From the sequence record SRR22947727_3407: a stretch of 48,466 nucleotides of DNA. One strand, given 5' to 3'. Positions 1-8,934 of the stretch are shown here, piece after piece (position 1 is the first letter of the stretch; each line of letters opens with the position of its first letter). The notes under the pieces were generated by a model. That model made no database searches and had not been told where the DNA came from. It worked only from the letters and a program-made list of their open reading frames with translations. The position numbers were made by a program, and so were the translations under genes.

Positions 1-47
1 CCTGCATGGCATGCAGGGGGTCAGGGGTTCGAGTCCCCTCAGGTCCA
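1..47 (+). tRNA. tRNA-Ala(GGC), 5' part cut off by the window edge
   Basis: Anticodon arm CCTGC-ATGGCAT-GCAGG (anticodon GGC). T-arm AGGGG-TTCGAGT-CCCCT. Acceptor 3' strand CAGGTCC carries U70 (Ala G3:U70 determinant), then discriminator A47. CCA is not encoded (CAA follows). Confidence 0.93.
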
Positions 48-68
48 CAACATTGATGGAGGTTCTCG

Positions 69-713
69 TTGACGACAGATCCTCTCGCGAAGCGCCAAGA
101 TTATGGCTCTCTCTCCCTCGAGGAGGGCGCTCTCCTGCCCGATCCGATTGAGCAGCTTGGTCTATGGGTGAAGGAGGCTGACGAGGCAGAGATCTATGAG
201 CCCAACGCCATGGTTCTCTCCACGATTGATCCCGATGGCGAACCCTCCTCCCGGACGGTGCTTCTCCGGGGTATCGATGAGCATGGGCTCTACTTCTACA
301 CCGACTACGGCTCTCGCAAGGGTATGGCCCTCCTGGCGAATCCCTCTGTCTCGGTGGTGTTCCCTTGGTATCGCCAGCACCGCCAGGTTCTCATCTACGG
401 TCACGCCACCCCGACTGATCCTGAGGTGTCTGATGCATATTTTCAGACCCGCCCCAGGGGTTCACAAATCGGAGCCTGGTCCAGCGAGCAGTCTCGCCCG
501 GTTGAGTCCAGGGCAGCCTTGGAGGCAAAAGTTCGAGACATGGAAGCCCGCTTTGAGGGTGAGGATTCCATTCCTCGCCCAGAATCCTGGGGCGGTTTCT
601 TGATTGAGCCCCAGCGAATCGAATTCTGGGCCGGTCGAACCTCGCGATTGCACGATCGCATCAGTTTTGTTCGGGAGGCCAAGGGCTGGTCGACTACTCG
701 GCTCCAGCCCTAG
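69..713 (+). CDS. pdxH: Pyridoxamine/pyridoxine 5'-phosphate oxidase
   Basis: Motifs EPNAMVLST, SRTVLL, FYTDYGSRKG, RPRGSQIGAWSSEQS, IEFWAGRTSRLHDR and C-terminal RLQP. GGAGG SD at 58-62 before a TTG start. Confidence 0.95.
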   Translation: MTTDPLAKRQDYGSLSLEEGALLPDPIEQLGLWVKEADEAEIYEPNAMVLSTIDPDGEPSSRTVLLRGIDEHGLYFYTDYGSRKGMALLANPSVSVVFPWYRQHRQVLIYGHATPTDPEVSDAYFQTRPRGSQIGAWSSEQSRPVESRAALEAKVRDMEARFEGEDSIPRPESWGGFLIEPQRIEFWAGRTSRLHDRISFVREAKGWSTTRLQP

Positions 714-739
714 GGAATATTTCTCCCCGGGATGGAGTT
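714..739 (+). promoter_or_regulatory. Candidate SigH/SigR (ECF thiol-stress) promoter GGAAT-N18-GTT
   Basis: GGAAT at 714-718, 18-nt spacer, GTT at 737-739, upstream of the LLM gene. Confidence 0.6.
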
Positions 740-805
740 ACTTCTGTCATTCGGTCAGTGTGACCTGGTACTTTCAGCCCACGCAGTGATTCAGGAGAAG
801 AGACC

Positions 806-1867
806 ATGAGTGACGTTCAGTTCGGCCTTGGCACCTTTGGTGATGTCACCTATGGTCCCGGTGGAGTTCCACTTCCCTTCGCCGACGTGATTCGCAATGT
901 GGTGGCGGAAGCTGTCCGCGCCGATGAGGTGGGTGTTGATGCCATCATCTTGGGCGAACACCACCGCGATGACTTCGCCATCTCCACTCCAGAGACGATT
1001 CTTGCCGGTATTGCGACAGCCACGTCCCGCATCCTGTTGAGCTCTGGAGTGACCGTGCTGTCCTCGGATGACCCCATCAGAGTGTTTCAGCGATTTGCCA
1101 CCATCGATGCGCTTTCTCACGGCCGCGCTGAGATCATCGTGGGGCGCGGTTCGTTCACCGAATCTTTCCCACTCTTTGGCTACAAGCTGGAGGACTACCA
1201 GGTCCTGTTTGAGGAGAAACTTAATCTCTTCGCCGAATTATTGAAGGAAACCCCGGTCACCTGGAAGGGGAGCATTAGGCCTCCGCTGGCCGACCAGGAG
1301 GTCTACCCCAAATCACACTCCGGCAGCATGCGCACCTGGGTTGGCGTGGGCGGAAGCCCTGAGTCAGTGGTGCGTGCAGCGGGCTATGGCTTCCCCTTGA
1401 TGCTCGCCATTATCGGAGGAGCCCCCGAGCGCTTTGTTCCCTACGTGGAGCTCTACCACCGTGCGCTTGACCAGCTGGGTAAACCCGTGCAACCCATCGG
1501 TGTGCACTCCCCGGGTCACATCGCCCAGACTGACGAGCAGGCCATCGAAGAACTCTGGCCACACTACGAAGCCTCGTTTGGCCGCATTGGTCGCGAGCGC
1601 GGGTGGGCCCCCATGACCAAAGAGCACTACCTCAACGAAGTGCACAACGGTGCGCTCTTCGTGGGATCACCCGAAACGGTGGCCCGCAAGATTGCTCGGG
1701 CGGTTAGTGCGCTGGGACTCACGCGATTCGATCTCAAATATTCGACCGGCCCGATGTCTCACGAGACCCTCTTGGACAGCATTGAGCTCTATGGCACGAA
1801 GGTCATTCCCATGGTGCGGGACATGCTCGCTAGCGGAGTACCCGCTAGCGAGGCAGCCGCACGCTAA
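806..1867 (+). CDS. LLM-class flavin-dependent oxidoreductase (luciferase-like monooxygenase)
   Basis: GEHHRDDFAIS, LSSGVTVLSSDDPIRVFQRFATIDALSHGRAEIIVGRGSF, VGSPETVA. AGGAG SD. Confidence 0.92.
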   Translation: MSDVQFGLGTFGDVTYGPGGVPLPFADVIRNVVAEAVRADEVGVDAIILGEHHRDDFAISTPETILAGIATATSRILLSSGVTVLSSDDPIRVFQRFATIDALSHGRAEIIVGRGSFTESFPLFGYKLEDYQVLFEEKLNLFAELLKETPVTWKGSIRPPLADQEVYPKSHSGSMRTWVGVGGSPESVVRAAGYGFPLMLAIIGGAPERFVPYVELYHRALDQLGKPVQPIGVHSPGHIAQTDEQAIEELWPHYEASFGRIGRERGWAPMTKEHYLNEVHNGALFVGSPETVARKIARAVSALGLTRFDLKYSTGPMSHETLLDSIELYGTKVIPMVRDMLASGVPASEAAAR

Positions 1868-2226
1868 TTGATGACGGGTATTCCGCTGTAGTTGCTCGCC
1901 TGCTCGACGCTTCCACCGTTAATCATGCTGGTGAAGCCCATATTGGACATCTGCGAGATGGCCTGACCGGAACGGTTACCGGACCGGCAGTAAATGAAGT
2001 ACTCCTGGGTCGGGTCAAGCTGGCTCACCTGAGCCGCAAAATCGGGGGACTGGACGTCGATGTTGAGGGCACCCTCGAGGTGTCCACTGGCGAATTCACC
2101 AGGAGTTCGTACGTCAATGATCACGGTTCCCTCTGCCAAGCCCACTTGCTGGGAAGTTGTGGAGCATGCGGCAACGCTAAGAGTAACGCCGAAAACGAGA
2201 AGGAGGGCGGTCAGGATTTTCTTCAC
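1864..2226 (-). CDS. Single-domain rhodanese (PspE/GlpE-like), predicted lipoprotein
   Basis: Signal peptide MKKILTALLLVFGVTLSVAA-C with lipobox. IIDVRTPGEFASGHLEGALNI and active-site loop YCRSGNRS. Confidence 0.9.
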   Translation of the reverse strand: MKKILTALLLVFGVTLSVAACSTTSQQVGLAEGTVIIDVRTPGEFASGHLEGALNIDVQSPDFAAQVSQLDPTQEYFIYCRSGNRSGQAISQMSNMGFTSMINGGSVEQASNYSGIPVIN

Positions 2227-2261
2227 GAGGGACCTTTCTGGGTGAGCAGTGAATACCCCAG

Positions 2262-2290
2262 ACTATATCAAATACCCCCCGGGGTATCAA
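2262..2290 (-). promoter_or_regulatory. SigA-type promoter of the rhodanese gene (TTGATA-N17-TATAGT)
   Basis: On the minus strand, -35 TTGATA at 2290-2285, 17-nt spacer, -10 TATAGT at 2267-2262. Confidence 0.7.
2272..2287. promoter_or_regulatory. CsoR/RcnR/CstR-family-type operator ATACCCC-CC-GGGGTAT
   Basis: Perfect 7-2-7 palindrome with a C/G tract flanked by ATAC/GTAT, lying inside the promoter spacer. A second degenerate copy ATACCCCAGACTATAT is at 2253-2268. Confidence 0.7.
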
Positions 2291-2294
2291 AGTC

Positions 2295-3341
2295 TTAAGC
2301 CTTGAGAATCCCCAGTTTTCGTAGCTCAGAGGCAAGTCCAGCACCGTTAGGGGCCGAAACCCAGGGGATAGACACGGGGTTGTGGGTTCTATCAAAGTGT
2401 CGGCGGCCACCAGCAAAGAGGGCTTCGGGGGCTAGGAGTTCCCGAATTGCGATGGCCCGAACACTCTTCGGGTGCCCCATAGCAAGTTCCGCGTAGAGGG
2501 TCTCGTCATGCTGGCCGTCGTCACCGATAAGAATCCACTTGATGTGGGGAAACTCCCGGGCCAACCGTGTGAGATTCGCCCGCTTGTGGGCGCGACCGCT
2601 GCGAAACCACCGATCGTGAGTGGGCCCCCAATCCGTCAAGAGCAGTGGTCCCATCGGATAGAGGTGGCGGGAGAGGAACCTTGTCAGGGTGGCCGCCACA
2701 TTCCAGGCACCGGTAGAGAGATAGATCACCGGAGTATCCGGGTTATCGCGTTGAAGCCTGTCCAGCAGGACTGCCATTCCAGGAACTGGTCGTCTCGCGT
2801 GCTCGTCGCGGACGAAGGAGTTCCAGGCGGCGAGAAAAGGGCGGGGGAGTGCGGTCACCATAACTGTGTCATCGACATCGCAGATGATGCCCAGCGACGA
2901 AGCTTCTGAGACCACTCGAATGTCTGCCGTCACGGGGAGAGAGTCATCACTGGAGAGGGTGATGGTGTGCCATCCGGGCGGCAGGTCAACAGGAATGACC
3001 TGGTCGATGACCCCTCCGCGATCGGCAGTGACCTCAAAATCTTCGTCGCCAATCTGAATCCTCACGAGTGCTCCCGCTACAGGCACCCCGGTGAAACTTC
3101 GCCAGCCTCGGACCTTGCGTTGCTTGCCGGTGCGACTCGGGCGGGGTTTCAGCAGCAACACTCGAGAAAGTACGCGTATCCACCCCTCCGAGCCATAGCC
3201 AGTGAAGGGCATGACATGGGTGGTGTGTCCGCGAGAACGGGCCCACTGCGCTCGGCGGCGCTGAAACCAGTCCTCCAGCGTGGATGCTCGGTGGGCTTTC
3301 CCAGCTGGTTCTGGGGAAAAGCTCGAGAGGTCTTTTTCCAC
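2295..3341 (-). CDS. App1-family (DUF2183) phosphatidate phosphatase-like HAD protein
   Basis: DxDxT motif ICDVDDTV, plus YLSTGAWN, GPLLLTDWGP and LIGDDGQHD. Confidence 0.85.
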   Translation of the reverse strand: MEKDLSSFSPEPAGKAHRASTLEDWFQRRRAQWARSRGHTTHVMPFTGYGSEGWIRVLSRVLLLKPRPSRTGKQRKVRGWRSFTGVPVAGALVRIQIGDEDFEVTADRGGVIDQVIPVDLPPGWHTITLSSDDSLPVTADIRVVSEASSLGIICDVDDTVMVTALPRPFLAAWNSFVRDEHARRPVPGMAVLLDRLQRDNPDTPVIYLSTGAWNVAATLTRFLSRHLYPMGPLLLTDWGPTHDRWFRSGRAHKRANLTRLAREFPHIKWILIGDDGQHDETLYAELAMGHPKSVRAIAIRELLAPEALFAGGRRHFDRTHNPVSIPWVSAPNGAGLASELRKLGILKA

Positions 3342-3486
3342 AAGTGTTAGTTTCGCAGACAGCGACGAGCCCCGGGAGTCACTACGCTTACGGTGACCTC
3401 ATTGCCTCTGCATACTTTGAATTAGATTCACGCGAGCCCGGTCACAACATCCTCGTCACAGCAGTGCAGTAATCCCATGGAAGGGT

Positions 3487-4131
3487 GTGTTCACCATCAA
3501 CATCGTCGACAATCCCGTCAACTACTCCGCGTCAACCCCCATTCGAGTTGAGCCTGTTCAGGCCCGGAGCGCTGCCAGGGTGGGGGCTTTGCTTGATGCC
3601 GCCTGCCACACGATGCACGAGGTGGGCTATGAGCAACTCACCACAGCCATGGTCGCGGAGCGAGCGGGTGCCTCCATTGGCACCGTGTACCGATACTTTC
3701 CCGATCGCGTCGCTGTCCTCCAGGCTGTGGCTGCAAGAAATCTAGAAAGAGCCACCCGGGCGCTCCGCGCAGACCTTGAGAGAGACAATCCAAGCTCCGT
3801 GACTGGAGCACTCTCTACAGCACTCGACACCCTTACTCGGTTTTTCCGGGAGGAACACGGCTTTCGTTCTCTGCGAGTAGGAGATGTTCTCGATATTCGG
3901 CCACTGGCGGGAAGTCGCGGAGGTAACGCAGAAATCGCGGCGGTCATCAGGGACTATCTTCACGAGGTTCACGACGTTCGCTTGGACTCGCCGGCACGGG
4001 TGGCCATCGAAACCGCCGTCGATGTCATCGATGCGCTCCTCGGGAGAGCGTTCATGCATTCCGATCGAGGGGACAGCACAGTGCTCTCAGAGGCCCGCAG
4101 GGTCGCCGAGAGCATCGTTCAAGAGCTCTAA
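3487..4131 (+). CDS. TetR/AcrR-family transcriptional regulator
   Basis: PVQARS followed by HTH segment GYEQLTTAMVAERAGASIGTVYRYFPD. Confidence 0.9.
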   Translation: MFTINIVDNPVNYSASTPIRVEPVQARSAARVGALLDAACHTMHEVGYEQLTTAMVAERAGASIGTVYRYFPDRVAVLQAVAARNLERATRALRADLERDNPSSVTGALSTALDTLTRFFREEHGFRSLRVGDVLDIRPLAGSRGGNAEIAAVIRDYLHEVHDVRLDSPARVAIETAVDVIDALLGRAFMHSDRGDSTVLSEARRVAESIVQEL

Positions 4132-4270
4132 CAACGACGCCTTCGCGTGCGAGGCCACTCGCTCTTCCCTGAACGTCCCATGAGAGTTAGTCACTCTCGG
4201 GTCGCGTCCTTGAGCAAGGGCTGGTTGACTGGGGTTTCCCGTCACCTCGAAAGCCTTGCGGAGAGTACTC

Positions 4271-5086
4271 ATGATTCAGTTCAGCTCCGTGCGCAAGGAA
4301 TATCCCGGTGGGGCAGTGGCTGTCGAAGATTTCACCCTTACAGTGCCTACAGGGTCTGTGACCGTTCTGGTTGGGTCCAGTGGGTGCGGAAAAACCACCC
4401 TGTTGCGCATGGTTAACCGTATGGTGGACCCCTCTGCCGGTGTTGTGTCCATTGATGGCACCAGCGTGGCGGAGAGAGATCCAGTAGAGCTTCGACGCTC
4501 GATTGGCTATGTAATGCAGAGCGGCGGTTTGCTTCCACACAAAAGCGTGGCCGACAACATCCAGACCGTCGCCAAGCTCCGCGGTGTTCCGCGGCGAGAG
4601 CGAGAAGCTCGGGTTGACGAGCTGATGGCCACGGTGGGACTGGATCCTGAGTTGGCCGATCGCTATCCTGCGCAACTCTCGGGTGGGCAACAGCAGAGGG
4701 TGGGCGTCGCGAGGGCTCTGGCAGTGGACCCCAACATTTTGTTGATGGATGAGCCTTTTGGCGCGGTGGACCCTCTGGTTCGATCTGATCTTCAACAAGA
4801 GTTGCTCGAGCTTCAGAGGACACTGGCCAAAACCGTCGTGTTTGTGACCCACGATATTGACGAAGCGTTCCTGCTGGGGGACTACGTCGCCATCTTGGAG
4901 GTGGGCGCGAGAGTCGTCCAGCACGGCACACCGGAAGAAATTCTGGCGAACCCGGCGAATGATTTTGTGGAGGCCTTCATCGGAGCTGATCGTGGTGCAC
5001 GGTCCTTGCGGGTGGTGGAGCGCTCCGGTCAGAAAATTGTCGTTGATGGCACAGGCCGGGTCGCTGGTCGCCTCAGCGAGAGCTAA
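4271..5086 (+). CDS. Osmoprotectant (Opu/ProU-type) ABC transporter ATP-binding subunit
   Basis: Walker A GSSGCGKT, signature LSGGQQQRVGVARAL, LLMDEPFGAVD, VTHD. Start placed at ATG 4271 after GGAGAG. Confidence 0.92.
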   Translation: MIQFSSVRKEYPGGAVAVEDFTLTVPTGSVTVLVGSSGCGKTTLLRMVNRMVDPSAGVVSIDGTSVAERDPVELRRSIGYVMQSGGLLPHKSVADNIQTVAKLRGVPRREREARVDELMATVGLDPELADRYPAQLSGGQQQRVGVARALAVDPNILLMDEPFGAVDPLVRSDLQQELLELQRTLAKTVVFVTHDIDEAFLLGDYVAILEVGARVVQHGTPEEILANPANDFVEAFIGADRGARSLRVVERSGQKIVVDGTGRVAGRLSES

Positions 5087-5090
5087 CGCC

Positions 5091-5750
5091 ATGGAGTGGT
5101 TTCTGGCAAATAGTGAACTGGTGTGGTCCCTGACTCTCGATCACATGCGCATCTCCCTCATTCCGATTGTTGTGGGATTTCTTATCTCCGTGCCGATCGG
5201 GTGGTTAGCTCAACGCTTCCCCGCGACCAGGGGACTGGTGCTGGGGGGTGTGGGGATCTTGTACACCATCCCCTCTCTCGCTCTCTTCATGATCTTGCCC
5301 CCGCTGCTCGGAATCTCAGTGCTCTCTGAAGCCAATGTCATCATTGCGCTCACAATCTATGCAGTGGCGATTATGGTCCGCACGGTGGCTGATGCTTTTG
5401 CGAGCATTGAGCCACAAGCCTTGCGGTCCGCCACCGCCCTCGGATATGCCGAATGGGGGCGCTTTTTTTCCGTCGAGTTGCCGCTCGCCGGCCCGGTGTT
5501 GCTCGCCGGATTGCGAGTCGTGGCGGTCAGCACCGTGAGTTTGGTGACGGTGGGTGTCTTGGTGGGTATCCAGAGCCTTGGGTACCTCTTCACCGATGGC
5601 TTCCAGCGCAGAATTGTCCCGGAGGTGATGACCGGTGTCGTCATGACATTCCTCGTGGCACTCCTGTTTGATGCTCTTCTGGTGTTGCTCGGGCGCGTCA
5701 TTCTCCCGTGGTCACACGTGGCTCAACAGCCAGCTCAGGCGGGTGTCTAA
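5091..5750 (+). CDS. Osmoprotectant ABC transporter permease
   Basis: LYTIPSLAL, EAA-like SATALGY, VELPLAGPVLLAGLR, LGYLFTDG. Start at ATG 5091; the upstream part of the listed ORF overlaps the ATPase. Confidence 0.9.
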   Translation: MEWFLANSELVWSLTLDHMRISLIPIVVGFLISVPIGWLAQRFPATRGLVLGGVGILYTIPSLALFMILPPLLGISVLSEANVIIALTIYAVAIMVRTVADAFASIEPQALRSATALGYAEWGRFFSVELPLAGPVLLAGLRVVAVSTVSLVTVGVLVGIQSLGYLFTDGFQRRIVPEVMTGVVMTFLVALLFDALLVLLGRVILPWSHVAQQPAQAGV

Positions 5751-6529
5751 TGGATCTCTTTCTCGAGGCCCTAATGTGGCTGTTCTCCGCTGAGCAATAT
5801 CAGGGCGAGGGCTCCATTCCGCAGCGGACTCTGGAGCACCTCGTCTATACCTTCGGCGCAACCCTCATTGCAGCGGTGATTGCGGTGCCCATTGGCTATT
5901 TCATTGGACACACCGGTCGTGGAGGCACCTGGGTCGTGGGCATGACGGGAGCTGCACGCGCATTGCCTTCCTTTGGGCTCATCCTGTTGCTTGTCCTTCT
6001 CCTGGGAGTCTCAGAGCGCGTCACCGCGTCACTCGTGGCCCTTGTGTTGCTCGGAATTCCCCCGTTGATGGCGGGAGCCTATTCCGGAATGCACCAGATA
6101 CCTCGCTCCACCATCGATGCTGCCCGCGCGCAGGGTATGACGGAGTGGCAAATCATCTGGACAGTGGAGATTCCGCTGTCGCTCCCTTTGCTCCTCGGAG
6201 GGCTTCGAGGGGCCGTCCTCCAGATCGTGGCTACCGCAACACTCGTCGCCTATGTCGGCCTCGGCGGCCTGGGATATGACATCATCCAAGGAATCCCCCT
6301 TCGCCGGTTTGACCAAACGATGGGGGCAGCGCTTGTCATTGTCGTCGTAGCGCTTACCCTGGATGTCCTGCTCGCCGCAGCGACAAAGTGGGTGACTCCC
6401 CGTGGCGTCCATCAAGGGCGCCTTGCAGATGTCCGTGCGAGAGACTCAGTGTCTCGCACGGCCCCAGTGGCCACGGTGGCCGCTAGCCCAGAAAAAGAGA
6501 TAACACAGCAAAGGAACACATCATCATGA
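5750..6529 (+). CDS. Osmoprotectant ABC transporter permease (second)
   Basis: RALPSFG, DAARAQGMTEWQ, VEIPLSLP, VGLGGLG. TAATG coupling with the previous gene. Confidence 0.9.
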   Translation: MDLFLEALMWLFSAEQYQGEGSIPQRTLEHLVYTFGATLIAAVIAVPIGYFIGHTGRGGTWVVGMTGAARALPSFGLILLLVLLLGVSERVTASLVALVLLGIPPLMAGAYSGMHQIPRSTIDAARAQGMTEWQIIWTVEIPLSLPLLLGGLRGAVLQIVATATLVAYVGLGGLGYDIIQGIPLRRFDQTMGAALVIVVVALTLDVLLAAATKWVTPRGVHQGRLADVRARDSVSRTAPVATVAASPEKEITQQRNTSS

Positions 6530-7395
6530 CGAGAAAAAGAATGACTGGACTGGCGGGGCTTACTCTCACCGCCGGTCTCGTGTTGAGCGGTTGCGCCGCA
6601 GGCGGAGCCTCCGATGAGCCGATCGTGGTCGGTTCGCAGGCCTACTACTCCAACGAAATCATCGCTGAGATTTACGCTCAGGCGCTCGAGGGAGCTGGCT
6701 TTGAGGTGGAGCGACAGTTCCAAATTGGTCAGCGCGACGCCTACCTGCCTGAGTTGGAGTCTGGAGCCGTGGACCTGTTCCCCGAGTACACCGGAAACCT
6801 TCTGCAGTATTACGCACCCGACACCATGGCCACGCAGGCCGATGAGGTCTATGCCGAGCTGGCTACCGCACTCCCCGAGGGTCTTACTGCCCTCGAGATG
6901 TCGCCGGCGACCGACCAGGATTCCTACAACGTGACGGCGGAGTTCGCTGCGGCCAACGGTCTGGTCAGCATCGCCGACCTTTCCGGAGTTGACGGTCTTA
7001 TCTTGGGCGGGAACCCTGAGCTCGAAGAGCGCCCCTATGGACCCCAGGGACTCTTGGAGACCTATGGCGTGACTGTCGCGTTCGATGCCACCGGTGACAT
7101 CACCGTGGACGCTCTCCTGGAGGGCGTTATCAACGTCGCCAACGTCTACAGCGGGGACCCCCGAATCGCAGACTTTGGCTTGGTGACCCTGGCGGATCCT
7201 GAAGGACTCTTCTTGGCCTCCAACGTGGTGCCGATTGCCTCGAGCGATGTTGCTGATGCCATTGCCGAGGTCATCGACCCGATCAGCGCTGCTCTGACAC
7301 CAGAGGGCTTGGTTGCACTGAATCTCCAGAGCACTAAGGACCAGATGTCAGCTGCAGAGATTGCCACTGAGTGGCTGGCTGCTAACGGCTTCTAA
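6526..7395 (+). CDS. OpuAC/OsmF-family ABC substrate-binding lipoprotein
   Basis: Lipobox LSGC, VVGSQ..NEIIAEIYAQAL, PEYTGNL, VYSGD. Very acidic sequence. Confidence 0.88.
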   Translation: MTRKRMTGLAGLTLTAGLVLSGCAAGGASDEPIVVGSQAYYSNEIIAEIYAQALEGAGFEVERQFQIGQRDAYLPELESGAVDLFPEYTGNLLQYYAPDTMATQADEVYAELATALPEGLTALEMSPATDQDSYNVTAEFAAANGLVSIADLSGVDGLILGGNPELEERPYGPQGLLETYGVTVAFDATGDITVDALLEGVINVANVYSGDPRIADFGLVTLADPEGLFLASNVVPIASSDVADAIAEVIDPISAALTPEGLVALNLQSTKDQMSAAEIATEWLAANGF

Positions 7396-7405
7396 AGGCT
7401 CCAAC

Positions 7406-7442
7406 AAAAAGTGTGGGGGTGGCTTCTGGCCATCCCCACACT
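7406..7442. terminator. Intrinsic terminator between the convergent ABC operon and dedA
   Basis: About 15-bp stem AGTGTGGGGGTGGCT/GGCCATCCCCACACT. The A-run at 7406-7410 gives a U-tail on the minus strand. Confidence 0.8.
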
Positions 7443-7445
7443 GCG

Positions 7446-8096
7446 TTAAGGAGCAGTGCCTTCGTCGTCATCGTCGTGAGCAAAGCGATTAAGCAGTTGC
7501 TTGATGATGAAGAGGAGAAGCAGTGAGATGACAAAAATGCCGATAAATATCCATCCGGCCTGGTCGAGCGTGTCCTTGAGTCCCCGATATGTCTCAGCGG
7601 CACCGGAGCCAATCGAGACGTAGAGAAACGCCCAGATGATCGAAGCGGGAGCGAGCCAGCTCATGAACGTCCGGTAACGCATCACGGACATTCCGGCGGT
7701 CAGCGGAACGACAGAGTGGAAAACCGGCAGGAACCGGGAGATAAAGACGGCGATACCGCCCCGTTTCTTCACGAAACGGTCAGCTTTGCGCCAGCGGTCT
7801 TCGCCGATTCGAACGCCCAACCAACTCCCACGAAGTTTGGGCCCAAAGATGCGTCCTATCCAGAAACCGAAAGAGCTCCCCAAGAGTGCTCCGACAACGA
7901 CCGCCACGACGGTGAAGATGAACTCTAGGACAGTCGTTACGCCGGTGCTGGAGAAGAGCACAACTGTGTCGCCCGGGACGATAAGACCGATCAACACACT
8001 GGTTTCCAGCATGATGGCGATCCCGGTGAGGACTACACGCAGCACCGGGGGGACATCCTCGATAAACCCGAGGATTGCATCGAGGATTTCGTTCAT
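7446..8096 (-). CDS. DedA-family membrane protein
   Basis: ETSVLIGLIVPGDT, GFWIGRIFG, FISRFLPVFHSVVPLTAG. Confidence 0.92.
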   Translation of the reverse strand: MNEILDAILGFIEDVPPVLRVVLTGIAIMLETSVLIGLIVPGDTVVLFSSTGVTTVLEFIFTVVAVVVGALLGSSFGFWIGRIFGPKLRGSWLGVRIGEDRWRKADRFVKKRGGIAVFISRFLPVFHSVVPLTAGMSVMRYRTFMSWLAPASIIWAFLYVSIGSGAAETYRGLKDTLDQAGWIFIGIFVISLLLLFIIKQLLNRFAHDDDDEGTAP

Positions 8097-8139
8097 TACC
8101 GGGGGAGTCTATTGGTAGCGACGTGTGAAAAAGCCTTGC

Positions 8140-8934
8140 TTATCCGCTACGCACTGGACGAGCTCGCGCCAGCCACTGGGCTTGCCACTGTTCTCTCCGC
8201 CCGGGCGCCACAGTCAACCTGGGACCGGCCACAAAACTGGTCGCTACTCGAATCCCGTGGAGTGCGCTGAGAATCCAGACCTCCGCTCCGTCGAGATCCG
8301 AGACCAGGAGGTTGTGGTCTCGCACCTCGAGCCCCTGGCTCGCGGCAATCTCTCGCATCTCTGCTTCTGTGATGCCGGGAAGGTGCGGGGTTGAGAATGG
8401 AATGAAGGTGGGCACCTCGTCGCCGTCTCGCCAGATCATCAAGGTGCTGTACGCACCCTCGACCAGCCCGTCATCAGCCGTGGTGATGATGGCTTCCTGC
8501 GCTCCGAGCGGGGCTACCTGAGTACGAAGCGCCAGGAGGGCTTCCAAGTCTGGACCTTTGCGGTGGGGGTGTCGCCTCGGGTCGTGCGGTGCGCGAGCAA
8601 TCACCACCTCTGTTTCCCAGGCAGGAGCTGGTCTTTCTCGATAGCGAAGGGTGGCTCCTCCAGGAGTGGCGACTGCTTCTAGACGGGGAAACCAAGAGCC
8701 CTCATCGGGCAAAAATCCAGGTATCGCTGCCAGGAAAGCGTCCAGAGTGTCGTCTGAGACATCGGTGTGGGCAGCAACGGAGGCAGAAAAACGCTGGAGG
8801 TGGCTCTCGAGTGCCACCACGAGACCGTCCTCTAGGCGGAATGAGTCAGCGACCAGGGTGGTCCCTCGGGAAGGGTCGCACCACTCGATGGGCGAGAAGC
8901 GCCCTTCGGAGAACTGGTACAGAATCTGACTCAT
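8140..8934 (-). CDS. Aminotransferase class IV / probable 4-amino-4-deoxychorismate lyase (PabC-like)
   Basis: HLQRF, PLP lysine in HRKGPD, EGAYST, LPGIT, SALHGIR. Divergent from a PabB-like gene. Confidence 0.8.
   Translation of the reverse strand: MSQILYQFSEGRFSPIEWCDPSRGTTLVADSFRLEDGLVVALESHLQRFSASVAAHTDVSDDTLDAFLAAIPGFLPDEGSWFPRLEAVATPGGATLRYRERPAPAWETEVVIARAPHDPRRHPHRKGPDLEALLALRTQVAPLGAQEAIITTADDGLVEGAYSTLMIWRDGDEVPTFIPFSTPHLPGITEAEMREIAASQGLEVRDHNLLVSDLDGAEVWILSALHGIRVATSFVAGPRLTVAPGRREQWQAQWLARARPVRSG

Noticed and set aside
4132..4270. Possible c-di-AMP (ydaO) or other riboswitch upstream of the osmoprotectant transporter
   Set aside because: Only short hairpins. I could not find the conserved riboswitch core or a terminator.
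4857..5090. N-terminal extensions in the ORF track (also for ribF, dnaJ, phoH, ybeY, rsmE, rpsT, the 27351 ORF and the kinase)
   Set aside because: They overlap upstream genes or the tRNA. Better starts with an SD or stop-start coupling exist, and there is no evidence of fusion or frameshifting.
4187..5092. 301-aa antisense ORF over the ABC ATPase (similar long antisense ORFs lie over leuS, comEC, ribF, CNNM, dusB and dnaG)
   Set aside because: These are mirror frames of well-supported genes, with no independent promoter, SD or domain evidence.
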